Counted from the first letter of the stretch, positions 1 through 8,561 are shown. The stretch: 40,660 nt of DNA from Armatimonadota bacterium (GCA_043814095.1 JBDRKI010000031.1:1-40660); one strand, 5' to 3'. Translations and numbers: made by a program. The notes: generated from the letters alone by a model not told the origin.

Positions 1-4
1 AGAT

Positions 5-44
5 AAGAGCAAAAAAGGGCTGAAATAAGCTCTTTTTTGTTCTT
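5..44. terminator. Intrinsic terminator-like hairpin of an upstream gene
   Basis: AAGAGCAAAAAAGGGCT-gaaata-AGCTCTTTTTTGTTCTT inverted repeat with A/T tracts. Confidence 0.6.
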
Positions 45-71
45 GACATATACCTCCCTTATTAATATAAT
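43..71 (+). promoter_or_regulatory. Consensus sigma70-type promoter
   Basis: TTGACA (43-48), 17 bp spacer, TATAAT (66-71). Confidence 0.85.
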
Positions 72-111
72 ATATTATATTAAAAGTATATTAAATCATT
101 GGAGGGACCAC

Positions 112-273
112 ATGGTAGAAAGAGGCGAATTCCAGGGAAAACCTATACTTGTGCTTAAAAGATCTGAAGAAGACAGATTTCCTTTCTCATTCGGCTTGAG
201 CAAGGCAAAACTTATAGTTGAAAATTACGAAGAAATTAAAAAATTCGTAGATGAAAACAAAACCGAAGAATAA
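112..273 (+). CDS. Small hypothetical protein (53 aa)
   Basis: GGAGG Shine-Dalgarno at 101-105 before ATG 112; the ORF-track start at 37 overlaps the promoter and is unlikely. Confidence 0.8.
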   Translation: MVERGEFQGKPILVLKRSEEDRFPFSFGLSKAKLIVENYEEIKKFVDENKTEE

Positions 274-285
274 CAAATAACAATC

Positions 286-1413
286 ATGAAAAAACTTTAT
301 GTTTTAGCACTAGCTGCTGTATTTTTATTTGTATTGGTTTTGTCCGCGAATGCCGGGGAAATAAGCACATACGGAATTAAACTTTCCAAAGAATATTCTT
401 TAGACTTCTCTAAAGACAAACCTTTTCAGGTTTTTACAGGATCCATATCATCTGATTCTGATCAACTGATACTGCTCTGCGATAACGGCTCCAAAAAGGT
501 AAAATCCGCTTTGGTTTCCTATTACAGAATCAAGGTTTATGACATCAAAGACAAAAAAGCGAAGCTTATATGGAGAGGGCCGAATCTTAATGATTTTGAA
601 CACGCTTTCACGTACGGCGACCTGAACAATGATAACTCCAACGCGTTATATGTATTTAATTACGACAAAGTGGATCAATATAAATACGACGGCAAAAAAA
701 TGAAAAAGCAGACATTTAAGCTGCCGGTAAAATATTACACGAAGCAAGCGCTTATCGGAGATATAGACAATGACGGCAAAAATGAACTGGTCGCGTTTGT
801 TTCCGATAAAAAAGATAAATACGCCCTTAAAGAAAACCTTTCACTTATTATATACAAATGCAATCTTGATAAAAAAGAATTTAACGCCGTTTATTTCGGC
901 ACTTTCTCCTATAGCGGCGAACCGGCACCCGACAAGCTCCAGTGTATAGCCGATATTTACAACAAAAAGAAAAACAAGCTTGTTATCAAACTGGGGCAGA
1001 CTGATATTGAGCCGTCCAGATACAAAATTCTATCCTACCAGAATAATAAGCTCTATAAAGAAAAGGTATTTGACCAGATGAACAACATATCGGCACTGGA
1101 CATAGAAAACACCGCGCCTAATCCCGAATGGTTCGGCAAGATAACAGGGGAAATCATACCTTTAAAATACAGTAATGAAAATTACGTGATAGCCAAGATG
1201 CTTCCCCAGGTAGGCGCGCCTTCAACCACGCTTGCAGTAGATACCTTCACGTCCAAAAAGATAATAAATTTCGCGCAGATAAGACTTGATAATCCTTCAG
1301 AATTAATATCCGTGACTCCCATAACTCTTACAAAAAATTCAAACAGCAGTCTTTTTTACTTAAACCGGGACGGTAAGGCAGATATCTATAAAGTTGACTC
1401 TATGGAATATTAA
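286..1413 (+). CDS. Exported FG-GAP/VCBS-repeat protein
   Basis: Signal peptide ending ANA; GDLNNDN and GDIDNDGKNELV calcium-binding-type repeats. Confidence 0.75.
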   Translation: MKKLYVLALAAVFLFVLVLSANAGEISTYGIKLSKEYSLDFSKDKPFQVFTGSISSDSDQLILLCDNGSKKVKSALVSYYRIKVYDIKDKKAKLIWRGPNLNDFEHAFTYGDLNNDNSNALYVFNYDKVDQYKYDGKKMKKQTFKLPVKYYTKQALIGDIDNDGKNELVAFVSDKKDKYALKENLSLIIYKCNLDKKEFNAVYFGTFSYSGEPAPDKLQCIADIYNKKKNKLVIKLGQTDIEPSRYKILSYQNNKLYKEKVFDQMNNISALDIENTAPNPEWFGKITGEIIPLKYSNENYVIAKMLPQVGAPSTTLAVDTFTSKKIINFAQIRLDNPSELISVTPITLTKNSNSSLFYLNRDGKADIYKVDSMEY

Positions 1414-1437
1414 TAAATTTGTATTTTAAAATAGACC

Positions 1438-1488
1438 TAAGAATAAAAAAGACTGTCTCTGTTTTTGAGACAGTCTTTTTTATTCTTA
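1438..1488. terminator. Bidirectional intrinsic terminator
   Basis: Perfect 22-bp inverted repeat (1438-1459 / 1467-1488) between convergent genes. Confidence 0.85.
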
Positions 1489-1504
1489 CTGTTTACCAAT
1501 GCAA

Positions 1505-1720
1505 TTAAGCAGCTTTTTTCTGAACTGGTAGGTTTTCAATAGTAAATTTTTGTATATCATACCTCTCACTGGCAAAAAGAACTTCAATTCCTAAAAACTC
1601 ACCATTTTTATCTACATCTACTATAGTATTTTCATTAATTTTTTTGCTTTTCGAAAATTTACCCTTATCTTTTAAGCAAATATACAAAACGTCTGTCCCT
1701 GAATCATAACTTATATTCAT
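1505..1720 (-). CDS. DUF2283-family protein, putative antitoxin
   Basis: N-terminal YDxxxDVLYI and DxDxxGxxxGIE motifs; overlaps the stop of the upstream gene. Confidence 0.85.
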   Translation of the reverse strand: MNISYDSGTDVLYICLKDKGKFSKSKKINENTIVDVDKNGEFLGIEVLFASERYDIQKFTIENLPVQKKAA

Positions 1721-1959
1721 TGTTTAACCTCCCAATATGCCGTAATAACAATTATCGTAGTTAATTTTTCTTCATATACAACGGTTAATTCTTTACTGTT
1801 ATTTACCTTGGCCGTAATTAAATTTGCTTTTTTATATCCTTTTTTTATACCCTTATTTTTTCGAAAAGCTTCATAAATATGCTCTTTTTTTATATTTCTA
1901 ACCTTCAGACGCATTATTAAATGAGCGGTAAAAATTATTTTTTTGCTGTTTGTTTCCAT
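1717..1959 (-). CDS. DUF4258-family (RelE/BrnT-like) putative toxin
   Basis: FTxHxxxRxxxRxI start and VVYE...IIVITAY end; basic 80 aa protein paired with DUF2283. Confidence 0.8.
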   Translation of the reverse strand: METNSKKIIFTAHLIMRLKVRNIKKEHIYEAFRKNKGIKKGYKKANLITAKVNNSKELTVVYEEKLTTIIVITAYWEVKQ

Positions 1960-1989
1960 AATTCTTTTTAATTAACCCCTACCTTTATA

Positions 1990-2017
1990 ATTATACTTGT
2001 CAAATATTTAAAGTCAA
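1990..2017 (-). promoter_or_regulatory. Promoter of the DUF4258/DUF2283 pair
   Basis: Minus strand TTGACT-16 bp-TATAAT. Confidence 0.6.
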
Positions 2018-2045
2018 CAAAAAACTTTTTTAATGCAAGATAAAA

Positions 2046-3197
2046 TTATCTTCTAACAATCTCCACATAAGGATAATAGTGCTTAAGTATCTCCCTGTAA
2101 TCATATCCCAGTTCTGCCATCTTTGCCGCGCCGTACTGGCATAACCCTATGCCGTGCCCTAACCCGTATCCTGTAAATATAAAATCGCCGCCGCTTTTTT
2201 TTACGGTAAATCTCGTGCTTTTAAGCTTACCCCATCCTAAACTGTTGCCCATAAGCAGGTAAAAGTCATAACCCGATATTTTCTTGCTGTTCTGCCCTAT
2301 CAATTCAATATTTTTTACCCTGTTATTATTAATACCGCTTATTTTTATATCCGAAATATAATTGCCGATATAATATTCCTTATCCTTATTAAGAATATTT
2401 TTCAAATCTTCTTTATTTACAATAAATCCCCAGTTGTAATGGGGAGACTCTGAACATAAGGCAGCTTTATCCCGTGAAGAAATATCATAAATGGAATTAA
2501 ATCCCGGGATATTATTTTTAAAAACATCCCCCGGCAGGGCCGTCTTTCCTCCGCAGGTTGAATGGTAAAAAGCGGGCAGTATTTTATCCTTACAGCATAA
2601 ATATTCGCCTTCCGTGCTTTTTATTATATATTCCATATCTTTACGAAATGGGATATTCTTTATAACCTGGCAGCATGTACTGTCGCAGAAATCATAACCC
2701 TGACTAATATGCTTTCCCGTGCTTGCCGCTATATAGGAGCGCGCGGCTACAGCCTGCGCTTTTATATATTCGGCCAGGGAAAAAGTATGCGCCTCAGATA
2801 AAGTTACGGCCGATGTAAGACTCTCTATATCGGTTGTTACAACCACACTGCCCTTTTTAAAATATATCTTTTTACAAAAAATCTGCCTTGTATTATTATT
2901 TACCTTAAATTTAGTTATACAATCCGCCTTTATAAAGCTTTTGCCTCTATAGGCTTCTGCGTTAATCCTGAAAAGGTTTTCATATAATTTAATATCATAT
3001 TCTTTATACGGCTTAAATTTAAATAAAACTCTATTATTATAACTGTATAAATAAGCTTGTTTGTCAAATTCAACAACGGCGTTCTGAATATTTTTATCAA
3101 GTGAAAATAATTTAACGCTGTAATCCCGCGCATCCGCTTGAATTACAAGCAAAAGTATACTTAATAATGTTAAAATTATTTTTTTCATAATATACAT
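2046..3197 (-). CDS. SpoIID/LytB-domain peptidoglycan lytic transglycosylase
   Basis: Signal peptide; KAQAVAARSY, FCDSTCCQ, YHSTCGG, GHGIGLCQYGA, ILKHYYP motifs; true start may be 3188. Confidence 0.9.
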   Translation of the reverse strand: MYIMKKIILTLLSILLLVIQADARDYSVKLFSLDKNIQNAVVEFDKQAYLYSYNNRVLFKFKPYKEYDIKLYENLFRINAEAYRGKSFIKADCITKFKVNNNTRQIFCKKIYFKKGSVVVTTDIESLTSAVTLSEAHTFSLAEYIKAQAVAARSYIAASTGKHISQGYDFCDSTCCQVIKNIPFRKDMEYIIKSTEGEYLCCKDKILPAFYHSTCGGKTALPGDVFKNNIPGFNSIYDISSRDKAALCSESPHYNWGFIVNKEDLKNILNKDKEYYIGNYISDIKISGINNNRVKNIELIGQNSKKISGYDFYLLMGNSLGWGKLKSTRFTVKKSGGDFIFTGYGLGHGIGLCQYGAAKMAELGYDYREILKHYYPYVEIVRR

Positions 3198-3221
3198 ATT
3201 ATATCCGGTATCCGGGCTTTA

Positions 3222-4079
3222 TCATTTCAAACAGTATTTAAATACCTTCCCGGCTATTTCCGCGGCCTCAAATCCCTTGCCGTTATCTAAAAACACGGCA
3301 ACGGCTATCTTAGGTTTGCCGGCGGGAGCCCACCCGGCAAACCAGCCGTGAAACCTGCCGTTATGATTCATATCCGTGGACGTGCCTGTCTTGCCCGCCG
3401 CGTTAAAGTTTATCCTTTGTGATGTGCCTTTTACACACGAGAGTTCCATTCCATTTTTCAGCGCGGTGTAATAATCATTATCTATATCCAGGTCTTCCTT
3501 TATCAGATGCTTTATTAAAGTTATCATCTGTACCGGCTTTATCTTTACAAATACCGACTCCCCTATCATCATATTAAGTCCTTCAAAAGAATCCGCAGGA
3601 TTCCCTATTTTACATTTATGTTCATTATTATCAAGCATAAGTCTTGAGTATTTTATTAATTTCCCTGTGCTAAGTTCGGGATATAATTTGTAAAAATAAA
3701 TACTGCACGAATAAGCTACGGCACGGGATAAATCTACCTGACCGTGGCCTCCAGGTTTTGTGCATCTAAAAACCCTATCAGCTGCTTTATAATAATTCCC
3801 GCAGTTTATCACTTCATGTATATTTATCAATCCTTCTTTATACGCGGCAAACGATGTTATAATCTTAAAAACAGAACCCATAGGATAATAATTCTTTAAA
3901 GCTATTGAAGGCGACGTAGCGGCGATTATTTTATCTTTATCAACATCGTAAACAATTATACTCCCCTTTATCCTGTCTTTAGAGAGCAGGTTCTCACAGT
4001 AGACTTGTATATTATCCGCGTAAGAAACACGCGCAAGAAACAGTAAAAATATTGTTAAAAATAAGATTTTTTTTATCAT
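3222..4079 (-). CDS. Penicillin-binding protein, transpeptidase domain only
   Basis: GSVFK (SxxK), YSCS (SxN position), GKTGT, GWFAGWAP; signal peptide and no dimerisation domain. Confidence 0.85.
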   Translation of the reverse strand: MIKKILFLTIFLLFLARVSYADNIQVYCENLLSKDRIKGSIIVYDVDKDKIIAATSPSIALKNYYPMGSVFKIITSFAAYKEGLINIHEVINCGNYYKAADRVFRCTKPGGHGQVDLSRAVAYSCSIYFYKLYPELSTGKLIKYSRLMLDNNEHKCKIGNPADSFEGLNMMIGESVFVKIKPVQMITLIKHLIKEDLDIDNDYYTALKNGMELSCVKGTSQRINFNAAGKTGTSTDMNHNGRFHGWFAGWAPAGKPKIAVAVFLDNGKGFEAAEIAGKVFKYCLK

Positions 4080-4190
4080 AAGGTAATACTTCTAAATATT
4101 TTAAAAACCACCTTCCCAAAGAGGAGCATTATAACTGAACAGAGAAGAAAGAAAAATTGTAATAGCATCAATCATATCTTGGAGGTATAT

Positions 4191-4643
4191 ATGCATCAAA
4201 AAACATTCGCAATTTTAAAACCGGATTCAGTCCAGAGAAAATTAACGGGCAGAATTATATCCAGGATAGAAGACAAGGGCTATAAAATAGCAGCCATGAA
4301 AATGATCCATATGGATGAAGAAACAGCTTCTAGATTATATGCCATACATAAAGGTAAATTCTTTTATGACACTCTTATGAAATTCATGACTTCATCCCCG
4401 TGTATAGTAATGATACTTGAAGGCGAAAATGTTATTAATGAATACAGAAAAATGATGGGCTCTACCAACCCGCAGGATGCCGCGCCCGGAACAATAAGAG
4501 GCGATTTCGGGATAAGAGCCGAGAGAAACCTTGTTCACGGCTCTGACAGCGAAAAATCCGCTAAATACGAGATTGGCATATTCTTTACAGAAGAAGATAT
4601 ATCAAAATACAGCCCTGATATGCATAAATGGATGTATGTGTAA
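4191..4643 (+). CDS. ndk: Nucleoside diphosphate kinase
   Basis: TFAILKPD, PGTIRGDF, NLVHGSDS; GGAGG SD precedes ATG 4191. Confidence 0.97.
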   Translation: MHQKTFAILKPDSVQRKLTGRIISRIEDKGYKIAAMKMIHMDEETASRLYAIHKGKFFYDTLMKFMTSSPCIVMILEGENVINEYRKMMGSTNPQDAAPGTIRGDFGIRAERNLVHGSDSEKSAKYEIGIFFTEEDISKYSPDMHKWMYV

Positions 4644-5465
4644 ATGCCCGGCATATTATATATTGTAGCAACACCCATAGGCAATCTTGAGGATATAACC
4701 CTAAGGGCTCTGCGTATCTTAAAAGAAGTTGCCTGCATAGCGTGTGAAGATACACGCGTGTCTATAAAACTGCTTAACCATTATGGTATCAAAAAAAAAC
4801 TTATCCCTTATTATAAATTCAACCAGAGGGAGCAGGAAGATTATTTTATAAATCTTTTAAAAGAAGGCAGAAATATCGCCCTTATATCAGATGCCGGCAC
4901 TCCCGCAATAAACGATCCCGGGGAGTTTCTAATAGCAAGATGTGTAAAGGAAAAAATAAAGTTATCCCCCGTGCCGGGAGCCTGCTCATTCATAGCCGGG
5001 TTAATATCTTCGGGGATTGAGACAACGGAATTTACTTACCTGGGATATCTCCCGGGTAAAAAAAGCGAACTTGAAACTCTTTTGAATAATATAAAAAACG
5101 AGGCAAGGACTTTAATCTTTTATGAAACCCCTCACAGACTGAGAAAAACTCTTGAATTAATGCATGATATGCTGGGGGAAAGAAAAATATGCCTTGCAAA
5201 GGAAATAACGAAAATACATGAAAAATTTACAACAGACAGTATAGGCAATATATTAAAAACGCTCCCTGAGAAGGTAAAAGGCGAATATATAATAATAATT
5301 GAAGGGAATAAAGAAAAAAACAGGGATTTTGAAGAAGAAATAATTTTAAAGGAAATAAAAAAATATAAAAATATCCCTGCCAAAGAAGTGGCAAAATTCA
5401 TATCCGAAAAATATGATATACCTAAAAACAAAGCATATAACCTGGTAGTAAAAAACAAAGAGTAA
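4644..5465 (+). CDS. rsmI: 16S rRNA (cytidine1402-2'-O)-methyltransferase
   Basis: LYIVATPIGNLEDITLRAL, ACEDTR, SDAGTPAINDPG, YETPHR. Confidence 0.96.
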   Translation: MPGILYIVATPIGNLEDITLRALRILKEVACIACEDTRVSIKLLNHYGIKKKLIPYYKFNQREQEDYFINLLKEGRNIALISDAGTPAINDPGEFLIARCVKEKIKLSPVPGACSFIAGLISSGIETTEFTYLGYLPGKKSELETLLNNIKNEARTLIFYETPHRLRKTLELMHDMLGERKICLAKEITKIHEKFTTDSIGNILKTLPEKVKGEYIIIIEGNKEKNRDFEEEIILKEIKKYKNIPAKEVAKFISEKYDIPKNKAYNLVVKNKE

Positions 5466-5556
5466 AAAGGTGAAAGCCTTAGTGGTATATTCCGGGCACA
5501 TGGTTTACACAATCTGGTATATGGTAGTGTTAAGGAATAAGGGATAAGAAAAATGT

Positions 5557-5584
5557 AAAAATACCTGCTTTTGCGGGTATTTTT
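5557..5584 (+). terminator. Intrinsic terminator after ndk-rsmI
   Basis: AAAAATACCTGC-tttt-GCGGGTATTTTT hairpin with T tract. Confidence 0.7.
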
Positions 5585-5606
5585 GTTATCGTAAATCTAT
5601 GCAATT

Positions 5607-6035
5607 TTGGGATCAGACCCTAAATTTCAAAAGCAGAAAAGGCGTTTCGGAACATTAAATGAATTAGCTATTTTAAAGACACTTATTGAAACAAAAGGAT
5701 CTAGAACAACTACTGCACACAGGCTTCACTTGAATGATATTAATTTTACCAATTGGTTAAAAAGACTTAAACAATTACCTGAAAGAAAATTGTCTATATA
5801 TGCCGACTTATTGAGTGAAGAATCTGGAAAAAAAATTACAACCGATATACTTGAAACCATTTTATATCAAGCAAAAAACAAAAAACTACTCCGTTTCAAA
5901 TTAGAAGCCTTAGATAAGAAAGTCAAAAGGAAACCTAGAAAAGCAACAGGCAAAGTTAATAGATTCAAGGCTATAAGAAGCGGTACAAGTCTATTTAAGC
6001 GCATCAAGCGCATTAAATTTAGGCCTAAAATTTAA
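5607..6035 (+). CDS. Very basic hypothetical protein with possible Fis-like HTH
   Basis: 142-codon ORF; AILKTLIETKGSRTTTAHRL resembles a Fis HTH; K/R-rich tail; TTG start uncertain. Confidence 0.55.
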   Translation: MGSDPKFQKQKRRFGTLNELAILKTLIETKGSRTTTAHRLHLNDINFTNWLKRLKQLPERKLSIYADLLSEESGKKITTDILETILYQAKNKKLLRFKLEALDKKVKRKPRKATGKVNRFKAIRSGTSLFKRIKRIKFRPKI

Positions 6036-6065
6036 CCAGCACATCGGTAAATACAATACTGTAAC

Positions 6066-6178
6066 CCGCCCCGACAGCGGATTACTCTGCGGATATTGAT
6101 TGCGGCTGGGATGCGTACTGCAAAGATCCAGTCGGGGAAGACCCCGTCTATGAAGATGAAATCCTCAAGGCGTCTTAA
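6066..6178 (+). pseudogene. C-terminal fragment of an IS91-family transposase
   Basis: Reads PAPTADYSADIDCGWDAYCKDPVGEDPVYEDEILKAS*; same EDEILKAS* end as the IS91 remnant ending at about 8350. Confidence 0.65.
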
Positions 6179-6238
6179 TTATTCTTAAGACGGGATAGGT
6201 TAAGTATATCCTAAAATCATTTCTTTATCTGAAATTTT
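6152..6238 (+). repeat. Direct repeat copy 1 (87 bp), IS91 3' end
   Basis: 80/87 identical to 8324-8410 by manual alignment. Confidence 0.92.
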
Positions 6239-6341
6239 ATCCTTAATCGCTCAATCCCTATTTACGACAGGCTTTTTTTATTTTAATTCTTTTTCTGTTG
6301 TTTTTTTCCTTGTATTAAAACTTAAAGTTTATGTATTTAAA

Positions 6342-7502
6342 TTATAAAACTTTTCCTTCCCACAGTTCGTGCAGGAAATCCCTCCATGGCAGTATTTCTA
6401 TATTATTATGTATTCTTTTTTCTTTTTCATTGCAGACAACAATAGATTTTTTGGGAGAATACTCTTGTGCGAAAGACATGATTCCGGTTAAGTCTTTTCT
6501 ATCCACTCGCTTTGACCCTTTTACTTCCACGGCAACTTCTCCGGCACCAAGCACAAAATCAACCTCTACACCGGACTTTGTTCTCCAGAAATTCACCTCA
6601 AAATCCCGGCTGTTGTAAGACCGGTAAGCAATAATTTCCATAAGCAAAAAGTGTTCAAAAGCCCTGCCAAACTCCTCACCTTTTTCTTCCTCCAGGTGTC
6701 TTTTCGTTAGATACCCTGCAACGCCCACATCAAATAAATAATACTTTGGAGTTTTGGTTATAACCTGCCGCGACTGTCTCTTTCTAAACGGCTCTATTCT
6801 TACGGCTATCAACGTATCAACTAGTATTTGATAATATTCTTTTACTGTTTTTGAATCAACCCCGCAATCACGCGCAATATTGGAATAATTTGTAAGCTCG
6901 CCGTGTGAATAACCGAAAGCTTCAAAGAACCTTGAAAATGCGGGAATGTTCCGCGTCAATCCTTCGGCAAAAACTTCTTCCTTCAAATAATCCTGCACAT
7001 AAGCCTTTAAAGACCTCCTATAATCATTATCCTGTAAATAATGTGCAGGTATCATACCATGATTTAGAGCCCTAAGCAGATCCACATCCCCAATCTCAGC
7101 TGAAACCAGCGGAAACATTTCATAACGCCATGCTCTTCCTCCCAAAAGATTAGCATGCCCTCTTCTTAGTTTCCTTGCGCTTGACCCGCAGAGAATAAAA
7201 CTTAAACCTTTATTCTCAATTAACCAGTGTACCTCATCAAGCAGTTGAGGAACCTTCTGCACCTCGTCAAGAATTACAGGATATCTGAGAAGGTTTTCAT
7301 CTTTTACAAGCAGTCTTTCGCGGAACAAAGCCGGATTTTTGGATAATTCAATGAAAAGATCAGTCTGTAAAAAATCATATCTGATGCTATGGGGAAAATG
7401 CTTCTTTAGATAGGTAGTTTTACCTGTTTTTCTGGCACCCCATAAAAATGCAGATTGTTTATCAGGAAGCTCTATTTTCAGTATTCGTTTAATGTCTCTC
7501 AT
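6342..7502 (-). CDS. AAA_14 ATPase with DUF4143 domain
   Basis: Walker A GARKTGKT, Walker B ILDEVQ, CGSS, KYYLFDVG, FWRTKSGVEVDFV..EVK. Confidence 0.92.
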   Translation of the reverse strand: MRDIKRILKIELPDKQSAFLWGARKTGKTTYLKKHFPHSIRYDFLQTDLFIELSKNPALFRERLLVKDENLLRYPVILDEVQKVPQLLDEVHWLIENKGLSFILCGSSARKLRRGHANLLGGRAWRYEMFPLVSAEIGDVDLLRALNHGMIPAHYLQDNDYRRSLKAYVQDYLKEEVFAEGLTRNIPAFSRFFEAFGYSHGELTNYSNIARDCGVDSKTVKEYYQILVDTLIAVRIEPFRKRQSRQVITKTPKYYLFDVGVAGYLTKRHLEEEKGEEFGRAFEHFLLMEIIAYRSYNSRDFEVNFWRTKSGVEVDFVLGAGEVAVEVKGSKRVDRKDLTGIMSFAQEYSPKKSIVVCNEKEKRIHNNIEILPWRDFLHELWEGKVL

Positions 7503-7538
7503 TTCGGAATGTCCTCCATTTTAGTATTACCAATTAGG

Positions 7539-7604
7539 AGTATATATCTTTTTTTATTAAAAGTCAAGATAAAATTTGACTTTTTAAATTAGTCTTCATA
7601 ATAT
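7539..7604. promoter_or_regulatory. Divergent promoters built on an AAAAGTCAA/TTGACTTTT inverted repeat
   Basis: Minus: TTGACT-17-TATACT toward the ATPase; plus: TTGACT(7576)-17-TAATAT toward the IS91 remnant. Confidence 0.55.
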
Positions 7605-7617
7605 TACAATGTGTTGA

Positions 7618-8350
7618 TTATCGTATCGCCTTCGTCAATACGGTTACTGGCGCCCTATAATCCGCGATGTTCTATACAAATTTCTGGATTGCGGCAGCCT
7701 GCATCAAGGTTTTGCAAGAGTTCGCTGTGATGCCTGCAGCGGCGAATATCTTCTTTCTTTCTCCCGCAAAACAAGATGTTTCTGCCCTTCCTGCAACCAA
7801 AGACGCTCCCTTGAATTTGGAGAAATGGTTACGGATAAAATTCTCGGTGATGTTACAGTAAGAACCTGCACTTTTACCATTCCTAAAATGTTAAGGCCCT
7901 ATTTTAAGTTTGACCATAAACTTTATTCAAAACTTTGCAGGTGTGCTAAGGCAAGGTCATCTACGGCAAGCCCAAAGGGAAAAACAAAGTTTTTGATGCC
8001 ATGGATTTTCTTGCCCTTGCTACAAGCCACATCGCAAACAGATTTGAACACAGGGTAATATATTACGGATGGTGGTCAAGCAAGTTAAGGGGTATGAGGA
8101 AAAAAGCAGAGACGATTCATGAACCACCTGTCATAATAAAACCAGTTTTATCTTCCACACTATACAAAAAAAATGGGCATATTTTATTAAGAAGGTTTAT
8201 AAGGATGATTCGCTCATCTGTCCCAAATGTTCCGGTCAGATGAGAATTATAGGGTTTATAGAAGAACTGCGGGCAGTTAAGGCAATTCTTCTTTCTCTTA
8301 ATTTGTGGGAATTCCCGGTCCGGGAAGATGAAATTCTCAAGGCGTCATGA
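7618..8350 (+). pseudogene. IS91-family rolling-circle transposase remnant (truncated, internally deleted, frameshifted)
   Basis: Frame 7618-7950 gives FLDCGSLHQGFARVRCDAC..FSRKTRCFCPSC (Zn-binding domain); next frame FDAMDFLA..HI..VIYYGWWS; third frame WAYFIKKVY..LICPKC..MRIIGFIE. Confidence 0.9.
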
Positions 8351-8410
8351 TTATCCTTAAGACAGGATAGGTTAAGTATGTCCCAAAATCATTTCTTTAT
8401 CTGAAATTTT
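8324..8410 (+). repeat. Direct repeat copy 2 (87 bp), IS91 3' end
   Basis: 80/87 identical to 6152-6238. Confidence 0.92.
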
Positions 8411-8481
8411 CTGACTTATCGTCCAACTTCTATTCACTGCTGGTGCTTTTCTATGCAAATACTCATTCTCTCCTAAAATAT

Positions 8482-8510
8482 TGGACATAACACCCTGTTT
8501 TTGCTATAAT
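8482..8510 (+). promoter_or_regulatory. sigma70-type promoter upstream of uvrB
   Basis: TGGACA-17 bp-TATAAT with TGn extended -10. Confidence 0.7.
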
Positions 8511-8561
8511 TTGCTCAGAAACACAAAATCAAAGTTCTTATCCATTTATCCGGAAGTTTTA

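Noticed and set aside
5466-5556. tRNA or structured RNA after rsmI
   Set aside because: No cloverleaf, T-loop or recognisable riboswitch motif
7667-7861. 64-aa ORF in the track
   Set aside because: Alternative frame over the IS91 Zn-binding domain, which reads in the frame starting at 7618
6152-8410. CRISPR repeats or prophage att sites
   Set aside because: Only two 87-bp copies, both encoding a transposase C-terminus; no cas gene, integrase or tRNA
8440-8561. LexA/SOS box upstream of uvrB
   Set aside because: No CTGT-N8-ACAG or GAAC-N4-GTTC match seen
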